This document shows, piece by piece, positions 42,687 to 57,036 of a stretch of DNA of 64,000 nucleotides. The position numbers and the translations under genes are program-made. Each line of letters starts with the position of its first letter. Position 1 is the stretch's first letter. The notes beneath the pieces are model-generated. The model was not told where the DNA came from, ran no database searches, and worked only from the letters and a program-made list of their open reading frames with translations. The stretch comes from Octopus vulgaris (taxonomy: Eukaryota): positions 2,604,001 to 2,668,000 of the forward strand of contig OX597829.1 of assembly GCA_951406725.2 (NCBI GenBank), in the 5' to 3' direction.

Positions 42687-42736
42687 TTTGTCAAAATATT
42701 TTCGTCGCTAAAATTCGCGACCTGTTCACTGGCAAA
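42687..42736 (-). ncRNA. Hammerhead-like motif with swapped G3-C8 core
   Basis: UUUGCCA-GUGAACA-G-GUCGC-gaauuuua-GCGAC-GAAA-AUAUUU-UGACAAA. Confidence 0.55.
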
Positions 42737-42936
42737 AATCCGTGCTGCATCTGAGAATGTAACAGTTAGTTCGTCATATATATGTACGTATGTATCTGTG
42801 TATGTATGTATACACGCATGTATGCATGCATGTATGTATGTATGTATGTATGTATGTATGTATGTATGTATGTATGTATGTATGTATGTACGTACGTACG
42901 CCTGTGTGTATGTATGTATGTATGTATGTATGTATG

Positions 42937-42967
<31 letters not shown>

Positions 42968-43129
42968 GTATGCGTGTGTATATGCACGCACATACACACT
43001 ATAAACTTAAAGCTATAAACCTGTAGACTGACCACTCATCACAATAATATCAAATTTCAACCTTCCCCGCCGAAACTAGGAAGTGATTTACGACCCTCAC
43101 CTCCATATAGATATATAGATATATGTACG

Positions 43130-43161
<32 letters not shown>

Positions 43162-43257
43162 TGTATTTATGTATGTGTATATCGGTCAATCTCGGCCGGT
43201 GCTTTCGGGCGATGACGGATTCTGTCATACGTACATACACATATATTTTTATTATCA

Positions 43258-44557
43258 TAGGCGCAGGAGTGACTGTGTGATAAGATAACAACCACTTAGT
43301 TCAGGGTTCAGCCCCACTGCTTGACACTTTGGGCAAGTGTGTCTTCTACTATAGCCTCGTGAGTGGATTTGTTAGACCTATATGTATGTGTGTTTATATA
43401 TATATATATATATATATAAGTGTGTGAAGGTGCATGGCTCAGTGGTTAGATCGTGAGGCTGTGAGTTCGAATCCCAGACCGTGCTGCGTGTTGTGTTCTT
43501 GAGCAAGAGACTTTATTTCACATTCCTTCAGTTTACTCAGCTGTAGAAATGTGTTGCGCCGTTACTGGTGCCAAGCTGTATCGGCCCCTTTTGCCTTTCC
43601 CTTGGATAACACTGGTGGCGTGGAGAGGGGAGTCCGGTATGCATGGGTGACTGCTGGTCTTCCATAAACAACCTTGCCCGGACTTGTGCCTCGGAGGCTA
43701 ACTTTGTAGGTGCAATCATATGGACATGCATAACCAAAAGGGGTTTCTTATATGTATGCGTGTGTATATGTTTGTGCGTCTGTGTTTGTCCCCCCAACAT
43801 TGACAACCGATGTTGGTAAGTTTACGTTCCCGTTGCTTAGCGGTCCCGGAAAGACTTCCGCCCGTCCCCATTATTTTGTCCCAAATTTGTTTATTTAAAA
43901 AACTTTTTTTTCCAAAATTCCTTGTTTTCAGATATGGAGGTTCCGGAAAACTGCCAAAATTCAGCATTGTGAAATTTCCACCCAACTTCTTCAATTTTGA
44001 CTTTTTCCCCAACGCTAACCCTAAAACCCTAACCTTAAAGCCCTAACCCTAACCCTAACTCTAAAACCCCAACCCTAACCCTAACACCTTAGCCCTAACT
44101 CTAAAACCCTAACCGTAACCGTAAGTACAGGAATGTTTTGAAATTTTTATGCGAATCATAATGTCCGTATTTTTCTGCATATTTAGAAAACAAAAAGAAA
44201 AATTCATTAAAAAATTTTCCGCATATTTTGAAAAAAAAAAATTTTTTTTTTAAATGAAAAATGAAGGAAATGGGGGTGGGGGGATGGTAATTTAGAAATG
44301 TCGATTTTTGCTAATTTTTTTGCAGATTCGTATTTCCCGTAGCCGAAAAGTGGGGTTTGTGTGAAAAAAAAAAATTTAAGGATGGTTTTCTTTTTTTGGG
44401 GTGGGGGGCGAAGTCTTGCGGCGGTTCAGCAAAAGAGACCGATAGAATAAATACTAAGCTTACAAAGAATAAGTCCTGGGGTTGATTTGTTCGTCTAAAG
44501 GCGGTGCTCCAGCATGGCCGCAGTCACATGACTGAAACAAGTAAAAGAGTAAAAGAA
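43258..44557 (+). mobile_element. SINE family B split by two nested insertions
   Basis: Head at 43258, body resuming at ~43750 and 44421. A nested tRNA-SINE lies at ~43428-43720 (tggctcagtgg...gagttcgaatccc) and a TIR-like element at 43845-44420. Confidence 0.85.
43845..44420. mobile_element. MITE-like insertion carrying degenerate telomeric (CCCTAA)n repeats (~44015-44123)
   Basis: Imperfect TIRs ccggaaagacttccgccc / gggcgaagtcttgcg; duplicated gcggt at the host SINE break. Confidence 0.7.
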
Positions 44558-44777
44558 TATATATACTTTATTATTGAAGCTGCAAAAACAACACAAGGTA
44601 TCACAAAAACTGCTACTCAGAGTTTCATGTTCCTATTCGTCGGACAGTTGTGATTGAGGATGCACTTTTTGGTGATATTTTGTCATGCTTTTTGCAGCAT
44701 TAATAATAAAGCTTACTACTCTACCTCCGTTATTCCCCAGTATTTTCCCACCTTGTTTCACATTTATGTGCTTACAT

Positions 44778-45070
<293 letters not shown>

Positions 45071-45390
45071 ATAATAATAAATATTAGGGAATAAATCCAA
45101 ATTTACAGGGAAAAAAATCAGATTTAGGATTAAATCCAATTTTATAGTAAAATATTATATAATATTAATTAGAGACAAAACCACTATTTTGCAAAACAAA
45201 CAAGGAAAGACTTAATCAATACATAAAATTTTAATAAAAAGTAAAAAATAAAAAGTAAAAAATAAAAAATAAAAAGTAAAAAAAAGTAAAAAATAAAAAG
45301 TAAAAAATAAAAAATAAAAAGTAAAAAAGATTTTATGCATTGATTAAGTCTTTCCTTGTTTGTTTTGCAAAATAGTGGTTTTGTCTCTAA

Positions 45391-45446
<56 letters not shown>

Positions 45447-45554
45447 AATAAAATCAAAAACAGACCACAAAGGATGTCGCGGTACACGTGTTTCAAGCTT
45501 TATAAACGACCTATTCTAACTCTTTGGAGTAACTCTTTGGAATAAACAATGCAT

Positions 45555-45645
45555 GCGGCTGAAGAAAGCTTTAAACCATCCTTCATATCTATTATACACT
45601 GATGTAAGAATATGTCGTTTATAAAGCTTGAAACACGTGTACCGC
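45555..45645 (+). ncRNA. Canonical minimal type-I hammerhead ribozyme in a Penelope-like pLTR with an upstream inverted partial copy
   Basis: Stem I GCGG/CCGC; core CUGAAGA (45559-45565); stem II AAGCUUUA/UAAAGCUU; GAAA (45630-45633); palindromic stem III ACACGUGU; cleavage triplet GUA (after 45641). Confidence 0.85.
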
Positions 45646-45759
45646 GACATCCTTTGTGGTCTGTTTTTGATTTTATTTGATATATATACCTTCTCACCTC
45701 AGCCACTAGCTGGCGTATACAGGTGCTTACACTTATCAAGTGTTCACCCTAATTTTACA

Positions 45760-45823
<64 letters not shown>

Positions 45824-46320
45824 CTCCAAATGTTTTCAAGGATCTAGTTTTTTTTTCATTCGCAAAAAATTTGAAAATCGGCTATAATAATAAAGTTTTC
45901 CAGTTTAACTGCTATGAAGGTATGATGTCGTGGAGAATAAAATTGCAGCAAAAAGTTTCAGGGGTTTAAAAATCGAAAAAAAAAACAAAAAAAAACTGTA
46001 TTTATAGCCAATAACGAGACAGAAATTTTCTGCGTTTTAGCGGAACGGTGTCAACTTTAAGGTGGTACTCTGTGAAATTTATAGTTACGCGTCTGTGAAA
46101 TGACCTGTTCATTGTAGGTTTCTAAATAAAAAAAGAAATACCTAATAAAATCAACATGTATAAATATTACTGTTTCTTCTGTCTCTGCATTGATTGTATG
46201 TTTTTATTATGTTTCTTTTTTCTTAATTTGTAATATTAATATATTTGTCTGCGTGTGTTTACTTCATACGTATTTTAGTATTATGTTTACCTGTCATGTT
46301 TTTCTGTACGTCATTAATAT

Positions 46321-46544
46321 ACCTATTTCTTTATTTGCACCAAGGGGTTAAACACAGAGGGGACAAACAAGGACAGACAAACGGATTAAGTCGATTACAT
46401 CGACCCCAGTGCGTAACTGGTACTTAATTTATCGACCCCGAAAGGATGTCGGCCTCGGCGAAATTTGAACTCAGAACGTAGCGGCAGACGAAATAGGGCT
46501 ACGGATTTCGCCCGGCACGCTAACGTTTCTGATAGCTCGCCGCC
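46321..46544 (-). mobile_element. SINE family A
   Basis: Full head and tail; flanking repeat tac(g/a)tcattaatata. Confidence 0.9.
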
Positions 46545-47209
46545 TTTTACATCATTAATATATAAGTGCATGTGTGTGTGTGTGTATGAAAAGGAGGCGT
46601 CTGTCTCCAAAACGTCAAAGCTGAGTAAGGTTTTCATGCTTGGATTTGTAAACTACGATAAGAATAACATTGGTCAACAAAGAATTTGTCCTAAGAAAAA
46701 GAACACCTGTATCTGATAATGATTTTGCGTGCAGAATTCAAAAATAATGTCAAATTATCTGTACCAAGTTCACATATTCCATTCACCTTCATAATGCCAA
46801 GAAACTGTATAAACATCGCAAACAACTTTTGCTGTATATGAATAATATGTAAAATATTAAGACAATTGACGAAAAATATCTATCAAAATTCAAATTATTA
46901 AATATGAATTTTTATTAAAACAAAACAGGCGGGTGAAGTAAATCTCGTGGTGCGAAGAATCCACAGAAGCGGGTGTAACACAATACAACGTGCGGATGTC
47001 ATGGTAAGAAGGTGTTAATGCCACACTGTCTGTTGATTGGCTAAAATTACCCAAATTTCCCAACTTTAATTCCAAATAACATCAGATTCTGTAATTTACG
47101 AGATAAAGTAATTGGTTGATCGTAATTAAAATTCGGAGTTGCATCGATACACCAAAATTGATAGCAATCTGAGCAAAATTGTGAATGAAAAAGACTAGAT
47201 CCGTTCAAT

Positions 47210-47212
<3 letters not shown>

Positions 47213-47298
<86 letters not shown>

Positions 47299-47627
47299 GT
47301 ATGTATGTATGTATGTATGTATGTATGTATGTATGTATGTATGTATGTATGTATGTATGTATGCATGTATGTATGTATGTATGTATGTATGTATGTATGT
47401 ATGTATGCATGTATGTATGTATGCATGCATGTATGTATGTATGTATGTATGTATGTACATATGTATGTATGTATGTATTTATGTATGTATGTATGTATGT
47501 ATGTATGTATGTATTTATGTATGTATGTATGTATGTATGTATGTATGTATGTATGTATGTATGTATGTATGTATGTATGTATGTATGTATGTATGTATGT
47601 ATGTATGTATGTATATATGTATGTATG

Positions 47628-47661
<34 letters not shown>

Positions 47662-47795
47662 TGTATGTATGTATGTATTTATGTATGTATGTATGTATGT
47701 ATGTATGTATGTATGTATGTATGTATGTATGTATGTATGTATGTATGTATGTATGTATGTATGTATGTATTTATGTATGTATGTATGTATGTATG

Positions 47796-47829
<34 letters not shown>

Positions 47830-48563
47830 TGTATGTATGTATGTATGTATGTATGTATGTATGTATGTATGTATGTATGTATGTATGTATGTATGTATGT
47901 ATGTATGTATGTATGTATGTATGTATGTATGTATGTATGTATGTATGTATGTATGTATGTATGTATGTATGTATGTATGTATGTATGTATGTATGTATGT
48001 ATGTATGTATGTATGTATGTATGTATGTATGTATGTATGTATGTATGTATGTATGTATGTATGTATGTATGTATGTATGTATGTATGTATGTATGTATGT
48101 ATGTATGTATGTATGTATGTATGTATGTATGTATGTATGTATGTATGTATGTATGTATGTATGTATGTATGTATGTATGTATGTATGTATGTATGTATGT
48201 ATGTATGTATGTATGTATGTATGTATGTATGTATGTATGTATGTATGTATGTATGTATGTATGTATGTATGTATGTATGTATGTATGTATGTATGTATGT
48301 ATGTATGTATGTATGTATGTATGTATGTATGTATGTATGTATGTATGTATGTATGTATGTATGTATGTATGTATGTATGTATGTATGTATGTATGTATGT
48401 ATGTATGTATGTATGTATGTATGTACATATGTATGTATGTATGTATTTATGTATGTATGTATGTATGTATGTATGTATGTATGTATGTATGTATGTATGT
48501 ATGTATGTATGTATGTATGTATGTATGTATGTATGTATGTATGTATGTATGTATGTATGTATG

Positions 48564-48595
<32 letters not shown>

Positions 48596-49469
48596 TGTAT
48601 GTATGTATGTATGTATGTATGTATGTATGTATGCATGCATGTATGTATGTATGTATGTATGTATGTATGTATGTATGTATGTATTTATGTATGTATGTAT
48701 GTATGTATGTATGTATGTATGTATGTATGTATGTATGTATGTATGTATGTATGTATGTATGTATGTATGTATGTATGTATGTATGTATGTATGTATGTAT
48801 GTATGTATGTATGTATGTATGTATGTATGTATGTATGTATGTATGTATGTATGTATGTATGTATGTATGTATGTATGTATGTATGTATGTATGTATGTAT
48901 GTATGTATGTATGTATGTATGTATGTATGTATGTATGTATGTATGTATGTATGTATGTATGTATGTATGTATGTATGTATGTATGTATGTATGTATGTAT
49001 GTATGTATGTATGTATGTATGTATGTATGTATGTATGTATGTATGTATGTATGTATGTATGTATGTATGTATGTATGTATGTATGTATGTATGTATGTAT
49101 GTATGTATGTATGTATGTATGTATGTATGTATGTATGTATGTATGTATGTATGTATGTATGTATGTATGTATGTATGTATGTATGTATGTATGTATGTAT
49201 GTATGTATGTATGTATGTATGTATGTATGTATGTATGTATGTATGTATGTATGTATGTATGTATGTATGTATGTATGTATGTATGTATGTATGTATGTAT
49301 GTATGTATGTATGTATGTATGTATGTATGTATGTATGTATGTATGTATGTATGTATGTATGTATGTATGTATGTATGTATGTATGTATGTATGTATGTAT
49401 GTATGTATGTATGTATGTATGTATGTATGTATGTATGTATTTATGTATGTATGTATGTATGTATGTATG

Positions 49470-49531
<62 letters not shown>

Positions 49532-51418
49532 TGTATGTATGTATGTATGTATGTATGTATGTATGTATGTATGTATGTATGTATGTATGTATGTTTGTAT
49601 GTATGTATTTATGTATGTATGTATGTATGTATGTATGTATGTATGTATGTATGTATGTATGTATGTATGTATGTATGTATGTATGTATGTATGTATGTAT
49701 GTATGTATATATGTATGTATGTATGTATGTATTTATGTATGTATGTATATATGTATGTATGTATGTATGTATGTACGTATGTGCGTATGTATGTATGAAT
49801 GTATGAATATATGTATGTATGTGTGTGTGTGCGTATGTATGTATGTATGTATGTATGTATGTATGTATGTATGTATGTATGTATGTATGTATGTATGTAT
49901 GTATGTATGTATGTATGTATGTATGTATGTATGTATGTATGTATGTATGTATGTATGTATGTATGTATGTATGTATGTATGCATGTATGTATGTATGTAT
50001 GTATGCATGTATGTATGTATGCATGTATGTATGTATGTATGTATGTATGTATGTATGTATGTATGTATGTATGTATGTATGTATGTATGTATGTATGTAT
50101 GTATGTATGTATGTATGTATGTATGTATGTATGTATGTATGTATGTATGTATGTATGTATGTATGTATGTATGTATGTATGTATGTATGTATGTATGTAT
50201 GTATGTATGTATGTATGTATGTATGTATGTATGTATGTATGTATGTATGTATGTATGTATGTATGTATGTATGTATGTATGTATGTATGTATGTATGTAT
50301 GTATGTATGTATGTATGTATGTATGTATGTATGTATGTATGTGTGTATGTATGTATGTATGTATGTATGTATGTATGTATGTATGTATGTATGTATGTAT
50401 GTGTGTGTGTATGTATGTATGTATGTATGTATGTATGTATGTATGTATGTATGTATGTATGTATGTATGTATGTATGTATGTATGTATGTATGTATGTAT
50501 GTATGTATGTATGTATGTATGTATGTATGTATGTATGTATGTATGTATGTATGTATGTATGTATGTATGTATGTATGTATGTATGTATGTATGTATGTAT
50601 GTATGTATGTATGTATGTATGTATGTATGTATGTATGTATGTATGTATGTATGTATGTATGTATGTATGTATGTATGTATGTATGTATGTATGTATGTAT
50701 GTATGTATGTGTATGTATGTATGTATGTATGTATGTATGTATGTATGTATGTATGTATGTATGTATGTATGTGTGTATGTATGTATGTATGCATGTATGT
50801 GTGTATGTATGTATGTATGTATGTATGTATGTATGTATTTATGTATGTATGTATGTATGTATGTATGTATGTATGTATGTATGTATGTATGTATGTATGT
50901 ATGTATGTATGTATGTATGTATGTATGTATGTATGTATGTATGTATGTATGTATGTATGTATGTATGTATGTATGTATGTATGTATGTATGTATGTATGT
51001 ATGTATGTATGTATGTATGTATGTATGTATGTATGTATGTATGTATGTATGTATGTGTGTATGTATGTATGTATGTATGTATGTATGTATGTATGTATGT
51101 ATTTATGTATGTATGTATGTATATATGTATATATGTATGTATGTATGAATGTATGTATGTATGCATGTATGTATGTATGCATGTATGCATGTATGTATGT
51201 ATGTATGTATGTATGTGTGTATGTATGTATGTATGTATGTATGTATGTATGTATGTATGTATGTGTGTATGTATGTATGTATGTATGTATGTATGTATGT
51301 ATGTATGTATGTATGTATGTATGTGTGTATGTATGTATGTATGTATGTATGTATGTATGTATGTATGTATGTATGCATGCATGTATGTATGTATATATAT
51401 ATATACATAATACATACA

Positions 51419-51451
<33 letters not shown>

Positions 51452-51470
51452 ATGCATCCATGTATGTATG

Positions 51471-51504
<34 letters not shown>

Positions 51505-51610
51505 TGCATGCATGTAAGTATGAATGTATGTATGTATGTATGTATGTATGTATGTATGTATGTATGTATGTATGTACGTATGTATGTATGAATGTATGAA
51601 TATATGTATG

Positions 51611-51642
<32 letters not shown>

Positions 51643-51770
51643 CATGCATGTAAGTATGAATGTATGAATGTATGTATGTATGTGTGTGTGTGCGTATGTA
51701 TGTATGTATGTATGCATGTATGTATGTATGTATGCATGCATGCATGTATGTGTGTGCGTATGTATGTGTA
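47213..51770. repeat. ~4.5-kb (TATG)n tract preceded by (CA)n(TA)n
   Basis: Direct reading of the sequence. Confidence 0.98.
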
Positions 51771-52151
51771 AGTTTTTTGCTTTTGCTGTTCATTTGTATT
51801 TTTGAATCATACCTGTTTACTTAATACCTGTTTACTTAATACGTCGGCTTCTAATTTTGGCAGAAGGCTTGCATTTAGGGTAGGGGTTCGATTGGTTTTT
51901 ATTTTATAAGGCCCCGAAAGATTAAAATGTAAGACTGACCTCGTCAGAATTTGAACTCAGCGCGTGAAGACGAACGAAATGCCGCAAAACATTTTGTCCG
52001 GCATGTTAACGATTCTGCTAGATCTACATTATACTTGGAATCTATTATGAAGAAGGGAAATAACTCTCATTTTAAAAACTACTCCATCGCCCTGTATGCA
52101 TATATCCATCGTTACACACACACACACTCACACACACATACACACATGCAT

Positions 52152-52239
<88 letters not shown>

Positions 52240-52249
52240 TTTTTATCTT

Positions 52250-52470
52250 TTATCTTTATCTTTTACTTGTTTCAGTCATTAGACTACGGCCATTCTGGGG
52301 CCATGCCTTGAAGAATTCTTAGCCGAATATATCGACTCCAGAACTTTTTTTGTAAAGCCTTCTACTTATTCTATCGATTATTTTGGTCGAACCGCTAGAT
52401 TACGGGGATGTCAACACACCCACATCGGTTGTCAAGTGTGTGGGACTCAAACATCGATACAAAGACGCAC
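52250..52470 (-). mobile_element. 3' part of an old SINE-B
   Basis: Motifs cttgtttcagtcatt...cggccat and catcggttgtcaag. Confidence 0.75.
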
Positions 52471-52851
52471 ACACGCACGCACACACAAACACACACACAC
52501 ACACACACACATATATAATAAATATCGTGTACATTAGAGCACATTAAGAGGCTTCCAAATAGGAAAGCCCTTCTGCTAGAAAGAGCAGTAGAAAACTCAA
52601 ACCACCAATTATGGATAAATTCTCGAAAGGATTGAAAATTAAAAACGTTTACCATCTAATTTTGTTCCTAGGTTTGAGTTTTCTACAGCTCTTTCTAGCA
52701 CAAGGCTTTCCTATTTGGAAGCCTCTTAATGTGTTTTAATCTACACGATATTTTTATATGAATAATATACAGTCTATTGACTAATTTTTTGTGCTAGGCC
52801 ACTGGTAATAATAATTTCTATAATTCTTATTACCCTAATATTATATATATA

Positions 52852-52976
52852 TACGAGGGGGTGCTGAAAGACCCTGGTTTTGGGGAAAAGAAAATACAAG
52901 AGGATCAGTTAAATTATGATTTTATTCAACATATTCCTCTCTCAGATTCACACACCTATCGCAACAGTCCTTCAAT
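52852..52976 (+). mobile_element. Left end of a mariner-like element
   Basis: TA-CGAGGGGGTGCTGAAA TIR-like start followed by 'tttattcaacatattc'. Confidence 0.55.
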
Positions 52977-52997
52977 CCGCGCACACACATACAAAAA

Positions 52998-53157
<160 letters not shown>

Positions 53158-53189
53158 CAGATAAATAGATACCGATTCATCCTGTCAGG

Positions 53190-54020
53190 GAACTGATATA
53201 ATACTAGTGGCTAGAGGTACGTTGATAGATTTTGACGGTAAACTCTGGTGCGTAGTAGATGGAGTTGACGCCTTTGATATAGAGATGGGATCATCCAACC
53301 CCGCATAAGTCTCTGGTTTGGTTGGCGTCTACATCCTATCCCTAATGCAAGCCACACTCCCAGCCTATATAGGAACTATACTTTCTTCTACTTGAACCGC
53401 AACACAAACGTAGACGTAGAATGGCGTAAGAAAAAAACTATTTAAGATATCTAAAAATGTATGACTAACTATCATCAGAAACTGAATGCTGCAGTGTTAA
53501 CTTCCTGGATACCACATTCAACCTTGACACCGGCCTATACAAGTCATTCCACAAACCTAATGCCAGCTTAAAATACATTAATGCCATGTCTAATCATTCA
53601 GCATCCATTACATGGGAGCTAGTAAATAATATTTAGACTAGGATATTCCGATTGTCTGCCAGTGAAGGAATATTCAACTTGCAAGCATCCTATTATAATG
53701 AGGCTTAGCAAGTACAGGATTCGGAGAACGGATTAAGTACATACATGAAAACAACACACAAATATACGACACACACAAAACAACGGTAACCAAGCAAGTA
53801 GAACACATACCTACAGAAATTACATCGGCCCAAAACACCACTACGGTCATATAACAATAATCAAATTACCAACCCTTCTACCGAAAAAAACTCCCACCTG
53901 AACACAACACAGCAATATAGAATACATCAAATACACACAAAAGGAAATAGAAAAATCACACCGTACTCTGGTACAACCCGATCAACGGATCGAATGTTTC
54001 TACGAGGATCACTAAACAGT
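53190..54020 (+). pseudogene. Decayed Penelope-like retroelement reverse transcriptase
   Basis: Motifs 'FDIEMGS...LVGVYILS', 'VNFLDTTFNLDTGLYKSFHKPN...YINAMSNH', 'RLSASEGIFN' and 'LWYNP', with in-frame stops. Confidence 0.85.
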
Positions 54021-55589
54021 TTTTTGCAGTGTCGTGGAAATGAGTGACAACCTGCGAACACTGAGAGTGATGTTCCTTCTTTTACAAGTGAATTACAAAA
54101 TACTAAAAGTTTCGTCCCTTCTGATATTAATTCTTTTACTCGTGTATTTGTACGTAATGATGTCGGTCATCATTAACTGAATTATAAATATACTGGAGCT
54201 TTTAAAGATTTGTCAATGAAAGATATAACTATGACCTTGGATATGCATGGTAAAAAGGAAGTTTTCAGTTTAGACAGAGTTTAAAAGGTTTATTTCGACC
54301 AGTCTTCATATTACGAGAATAAAAATTTGAGCAGCACATTTCAAAATAACTTGAAACAGAACATTTCACAAAACGACGAACTTAAGGTTGAAAAAAAAAA
54401 AGATCCCCCAGCCAATTTTAAAATTACCTACCAGCGGAAAGAAAACTAAAAGTGGTAGAATTGTACATTTTCCCAAAAGACTTTCTCACTTTGTTTGAAT
54501 ATATTACTAATGGACTTTTATATTCCTGAATTTTTTTTTTTAAGATTTATAACTTTTTTCCAGAGAAATTAGATTGAACAGTTTGCTAAGCTTTACAAGA
54601 ACGCTGTATTATTGTGAAACCGTGACGCGCGGTTATTTTCATATGCTTAACATGTGGATACATTTGCTAATTTGTATATTTGGCTTGCTAAAATATTAAT
54701 TCCAACTATGTATTGGAATATATTTGTATTATTAATATTCTTTTTTCGTAAAATTTTAACAATTTTTTCTGGTTGAATGCTTATGTCGCGACGCAAGTCA
54801 TAATAATAAACTTTTATCGGCGGTAATATGGCGTAATGGTCATGTTGCCAGAATAGGTATAATTGTTAGTTTCCAATTGGTTAAAATTACTGCCCATATT
54901 TGAATTCTAAACTTTCGTCAAAGAGAAATTCAGGTATGAGCAGTTATAAAAACCCTGATTTTTGGGAGATTAATTTGTGATCGTTGGCTGTCACTCGACT
55001 CCACGACATTCTCAATCAGTGTCCGTTAGTTGTCACTCATTTCCACGACACTCTTTTAAGATATTGGCTTTTTTATGCCATGTCTGTTACTTAATTCAAC
55101 AAGACTATTTTGAATTGTCTAGTAACTTAGTATGGAAGAATTAGTAATATAAATTTTATGTCGTAACTCTCTACGACAATTTTCTTTGACTTATAAATGC
55201 ACTGTAAATATTAAATGTACGTAAATAAACTAATTTAGTAAATAATTTCTTTTTTCTTTTTCATTTTCTTCAACCCGTTAATGAGACATATTTCTGTAAC
55301 TATGAAACTTATTATAGCGGTGAAAAAGAGCAAGCTTATTTATCTCCAACATACATTTACGCTTCAGCGCCTTGGTGTATATAATTCACCACGAAAGTGG
55401 ATCGAAAGTGATTATTTTGGTTTTGGTATGCTGGAAACTAAGGTTTCAGAGTATCATGTGGCAGCCAGAGAGAAGAGTTTTTCAAGTGAATTGCTATGGA
55501 TGGAGCTAGATTATTTTGTTAATATCAGATCCAGGATTGCTTCATTTTGTCCTGCTAGTTCAAACACTAGTTGGGTTAGGAAAATTATC

Positions 55590-56400
55590 AATGGAGAAGG
55601 CCGAACTGAACTCCAGTCTGATCAACATGCTGAATGCCAATGGGTAGACAAAAATGAAATACGGTTAAAGGAGGGAAAATCTGAACTGGTGCATTTTGGT
55701 AAAAAGACTGCGATCGAACTACCATATTCACTTCCTTCAGGAGAACTATTCACAACATCAGTAATATCTGGAACTTATGAGTGATTGGTGACAGCAATCT
55801 CAGCTGGAATTCCCATATCAACAATAAAGTCGATATATCTTGCAGGATGAGCTCCTGGTCTTTCAGAACTTTCCGGTCCAAAGAGCAAGATGTTATCCTT
55901 CCCCTCCTCTCTTCCTTCGTACGGCTCTCCCCTGTAGTCTCTCCACTTCAAACAAAGCAGCACGAAAATTGTGTCATCTCAGAGAGCATTCGCTAAAAGA
56001 ATTGAGGACATGACTGATCTTGATTATTGGGACCAGCTTAAAACATTGAATCTTTACTCTCTCCAGCGTCGCCGTGAGCGCTACATCATTGCCCAAACGA
56101 CCTTAACATTAAATTCATAATTCATCCAAAGTTGGGACCACGTGCCAGACATCCCCTATACAATTCAGGCTCACTACACACAAGTTCACTGTGACACAAT
56201 TTCTTTTCCTCAACAAGCCCTGGTCTATCTACCATTATTCGAAATCAAAAGAAACAAGAAAATGATCCCATTACCTTGAAACGAAACATGGACAAATTTC
56301 TTTATCAGATAAGCCATTTATACCTGGATACATCTCAGTCAACAACTCCCTACTGGAATGGGCTATGATACCATAAAATTTGACTTAAAACGACTTAACA
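55590..56400 (+). mobile_element. Decayed CR1/L2-group LINE 3' fragment
   Basis: 'LQSD...WVDKNEIRL...KSELVHFG', 'DSNLSWNSHINNK' and 'LKTLNLYSLQRRRERY'. Confidence 0.8.
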
Positions 56401-57036
56401 GAACCAATTATGAGGTGTTATTAAATTAGACATGGCCTGGGTCAATCTTTAACCAAAACGCATCAAAGTTACCTAAGTTATGTGTGTGTGTGTGTGGTGT
56501 GTGTGTCTGTGGTGTGTGTGTGTGTGTGTCTGTGGTGTGTGTGTGTGTATTCAGAATGCGATGAATAAATTGTTGCCATTTTATATTTTTATTTCGCACG
56601 TGCACAGTTTGTTTTTGGTTTTGTTGACTACACAGTATAGTAGGGTCACCGTCTGTAAGAAAAACAGTACCTTATACATACACTGAGATATATACACATA
56701 CATGTACATACACTGAGATATATACACATCTATGTATGTGTATATATATGTATGTGTATATATACACATATATATATATGTATAATAACAATTTAATAAT
56801 TAAAACATATGCATACATACATATATGTACATACCTACATCTATATGTATATATATACATGCATATATGGGTACAGGACACCACAAATAAACGTAGAACA
56901 CAACGAGAAACGAAAACCTAAAATCAAACAAGGAAACGGACTTTCTTCAACCTGTTAATGAGGCTTATTTCTGTAACTATGTTATTATAGCGGTGAAAAA
57001 GAGCAAGTATCCCTTAGACGGTTATTATAACCTCAA

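Noticed and set aside
44015-44123. True telomere or chromosome-fusion site
   Set aside because: The repeats are short, degenerate, in a single orientation and inside a TIR-bounded insert.
47185-51741. Very long ORFs (up to 1369 aa) of MYVC/HTYI repeats, also at 14.5, 26-29.7 and 62 kb
   Set aside because: They are translations of stop-free (TATG)n/(CATA)n microsatellites.
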